The notes under the pieces were generated by a model. That model did no database searches. It was not told the origin of the DNA and saw only the letters and a program-made list of their open reading frames with translations. DNA of 64,000 nucleotides from Botryllus schlosseri (lineage: Eukaryota): the NCBI GenBank assembly GCA_051294905.1, contig CM119372.1, forward strand, positions 1,240,001-1,304,000, in the 5' to 3' direction. The translations under genes were made by a program, and so were the position numbers. This document shows positions 62,801 to 64,000 of the stretch, piece by piece. Numbering within the stretch: position 1 is the stretch's first letter; each line of letters begins with the position of its first letter.

Positions 62801-63593
62801 ATTTGGGTTTCCAGAATTTGTTCACAGCGATCGGGGATCGTGTTTCACCAGTAAAGAAATGAAGAAATTCCTGGCTGAAAGAGGCATTGCATTCAGTAAC
62901 TCGACGCCGTATCATCCACAAGGCAACGGCCAATGCGAACGCATAAATCAGACTGTATGGAGAACTGTCAAATTACTCCTGCGTTCTCGAAACTTGCCTG
63001 AAAACAAGTGGACTGATGTTTTGAGTCAAGCATTGCATTCCGTTAGATCTCTTTTGTGTACATCGACTAACGCGACGCCGCACGAGCGGTTTTTCTCTTT
63101 CAGCAGACGCTCTATGTGTGGGGAAAGCTTGCCCGAGTGGCTATCGTTTGGACGACCGGCACTTCTGCGACGATTCGTGAGGAGGAAAGGAGACCCTCTC
63201 GTCGACGAAGTGACCATACTGGAAGCGAACAAAACCTATGCCAAAATACGGCTACCAAACGGTAACGAAGGAACTGTATCTACTTCTGATCTTGCCCCAT
63301 GTCCAACAGGTGCAGACTTGGAGCATGGTTCCAGAGTGCAGAATGACGATGGTGAAAGAAGGGAGATGTCGAAACTTGATGGTACAGCATTGGCTGACGC
63401 AGATGACGATCCTGTTTGCGATGAACCCGAAAGCCTGCGTCGCGAACTTCAAGAACCGAATTCTCCATCAAATGACGGAGCCGCCGAAAGGGACGAGACC
63501 GTTCGATCTGAAACTCCGACGCTACGGAGATCATCAAGAATCCGAAAGGCTCCCGATCGCTATGGCCAATCCGTTTCTATTATACACTCGTAA
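59802..63593 (+). CDS. Gag-Pol polyprotein, single 1263-aa ORF
   Basis: Two CX2CX4HX4C knuckles (CRYCGERKHDGKGC, CYNCGRKGHYAKVC); protease LFDTGA; RT with PFGV and YLDD; RNase H ETDASD/IEKE; integrase HDALGH..CRVC, SMDF, SDRG, NGQCER; C-terminal LRRSSRIRKAPDRY. No env or chromodomain seen. Confidence 0.97.
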   Translation: MAERLRSPDRLSIDPEDSRAPTLFRHWKRQLTEHFTELEERRKENDPHVNKLRVLIRAVSSEVYGYIADATTFDAAMKSLGERFEKTINTVYARHLLVSRHRKSGESIAAFHQTLVELARNCEFTAVSAAEHRNEALRDAFVNGLNIPFIQQRLLEKSDLKIDSALELAQTLDQAAKYSADVSANSNLAMARNPDYSSSTFTESQSSRSPSGRDSDGDKIAAVRRRKHQKRKKKKCRYCGERKHDGKGCPAYKARCYNCGRKGHYAKVCESKPQTESPMSAAVHASADLQRRAVLAGAPTCLGKAVVPIYLRRRKLKSLFDTGAAINFIDARRARKLGMKWRGGSSSADLAVKNTSAEILGFVWTDFTCCGRRYRSIKFAVMKDLCADVIIGHTFMEKHRSIIFPMGGDLPPLNIKELADAGEECLVDDNQAKSVPTTDPTVSVAAANGLEEPRLFEFMTPDCHPIASRSRNYSEDDKSFINAEIKRMLESGTIEHSRSPWRAQLVVVKSNRKKRLAVDYSTTVNRFTCPDAYPLPRIEDLVNKVALDKWYSSIDLKEAYHQLKIRDDEKIYTAFEANGKLYQFRRVPFGVTNGVAAFQRVMDKFIENNNLKKVYAYLDDLTVTGATRDEHDENLRKLLDAAAEVGLHINEEKSKFAQTSLNILGYEISHGKVSPDRERMKPLIEMKEPTTPKELARIKGLFAYYARWIPDFSTRIRPLNVSELPLDSEAIKAFITLKDDLAKASLCAIRDDLPFQVETDASDVGIAGVLAQGGRPVAFMARTLSKHERNYPAIEKEALAIIEAIRKWEHFLKGRHFTLTTDQKSVSFIFDKRNRGKIKNAKLTAWRLELGQMYYDICHRPGRLNIVPDALSRHVAASIPTTMQLQEIHDALGHPGMARLGHFVRNRNLPYTTEEVKAICRNCRVCAELKPRFFKRNPIPLVKASKPWERLSMDFKGPVKGQFPHVLIVVDEYSRFPFAFPCKTTTSEAVIECLEDLFSVFGFPEFVHSDRGSCFTSKEMKKFLAERGIAFSNSTPYHPQGNGQCERINQTVWRTVKLLLRSRNLPENKWTDVLSQALHSVRSLLCTSTNATPHERFFSFSRRSMCGESLPEWLSFGRPALLRRFVRRKGDPLVDEVTILEANKTYAKIRLPNGNEGTVSTSDLAPCPTGADLEHGSRVQNDDGERREMSKLDGTALADADDDPVCDEPESLRRELQEPNSPSNDGAAERDETVRSETPTLRRSSRIRKAPDRYGQSVSIIHS

Positions 63594-63635
63594 CGATATT
63601 CATTTCGTATTGTATATTATTTTGGCGGGGGAGAA

Positions 63636-63819
63636 TGTGGTGTTAGTAATCATTGTTGATGTAATCATTACGCTTCTTTATATTGCACCCGCTGTCGTGG
63701 GTATGGTCATTCCTTATTTGCCGAGTTGCTGTTAGTTGTACGTCTCGCTAATATTAAAGTAGTATTGGACTCAGCGTTCTGCGTTCCTGGTCATTGGATA
63801 TTGGGTCTAAGTCAGGACA
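63636..63819 (+). repeat. 3' LTR (184 bp)
   Basis: Identical to the 5' LTR, preceded by the PPT and followed by TSD ACTAT. Confidence 0.97.
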
Positions 63820-64000
63820 ACTATAAACGAGAATAGCAACTGGAAGTGTTTGGAACTTGTGTAAATTACGACGAAGCTACGACTGCCTTATTACCTATAC
63901 ACTGAAATCTTTGATTGTCTTTTGCAACACACGGTTAGTAGTGATTGAGACGCTGGTGTTGTACGTTATGAGATCTGAAATAATGTATTAAAATGGGAAT

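Larger units (their letters stand above)
59593..63819 (+). mobile_element. Full-length Ty3/Gypsy LTR retrotransposon, 4227 bp
   Basis: TG...CA LTRs at 59593-59776 and 63636-63819; 5-bp TSD ACTAT at 59588-59592 and 63820-63824; PPT GGCGGGGGAGAA at 63624-63635; domain order gag-PR-RT-RH-IN. Confidence 0.98.

Noticed and set aside
59711..63735. Minus-strand and alternative-frame ORFs inside the Gypsy element, including 63238-63735 with a hydrophobic end as a possible env
   Set aside because: They overlap gag-pol. The hydrophobic stretch is translated LTR sequence, with no signal peptide or fusion-protein features.

Overview
Eukaryotic, intron-containing, AT-rich animal DNA densely peppered with MITEs. 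An invertebrate chordate such as an ascidian fits best, but that is inference. Genes reconstructed by hand from splice sites and reading frames: (1) a minus-strand PTBP/hnRNP I gene with four RRMs, 15 core exons at 2384-9854 and candidate N-terminal and UTR exons out to about 27.5 kb; (2) an intronless SRP72 at 29728-31800 (minus), directly upstream of it; (3) a divergent 4-exon TEX49/SPMIP11-like gene at 34102-37110; (4) two or three partly resolved single-pass membrane protein paralogues at 40-55 kb. At the end is a complete 4227-bp Ty3/Gypsy LTR retrotransposon (59593-63819) with identical 184-bp LTRs, a 5-bp TSD and one gag-pol ORF. Most notable: this element has no tRNA primer site but a 13-nt perfect complement of its own LTR at the PBS position (candidate self-priming); PTB keeps the 34-nt NMD-switch exon; SRP72 and PTB look like an operon or nested unit; and a 218-bp near-perfect inverted repeat lies downstream of the PTB stop. 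Family names come from recognition, not from database searches.
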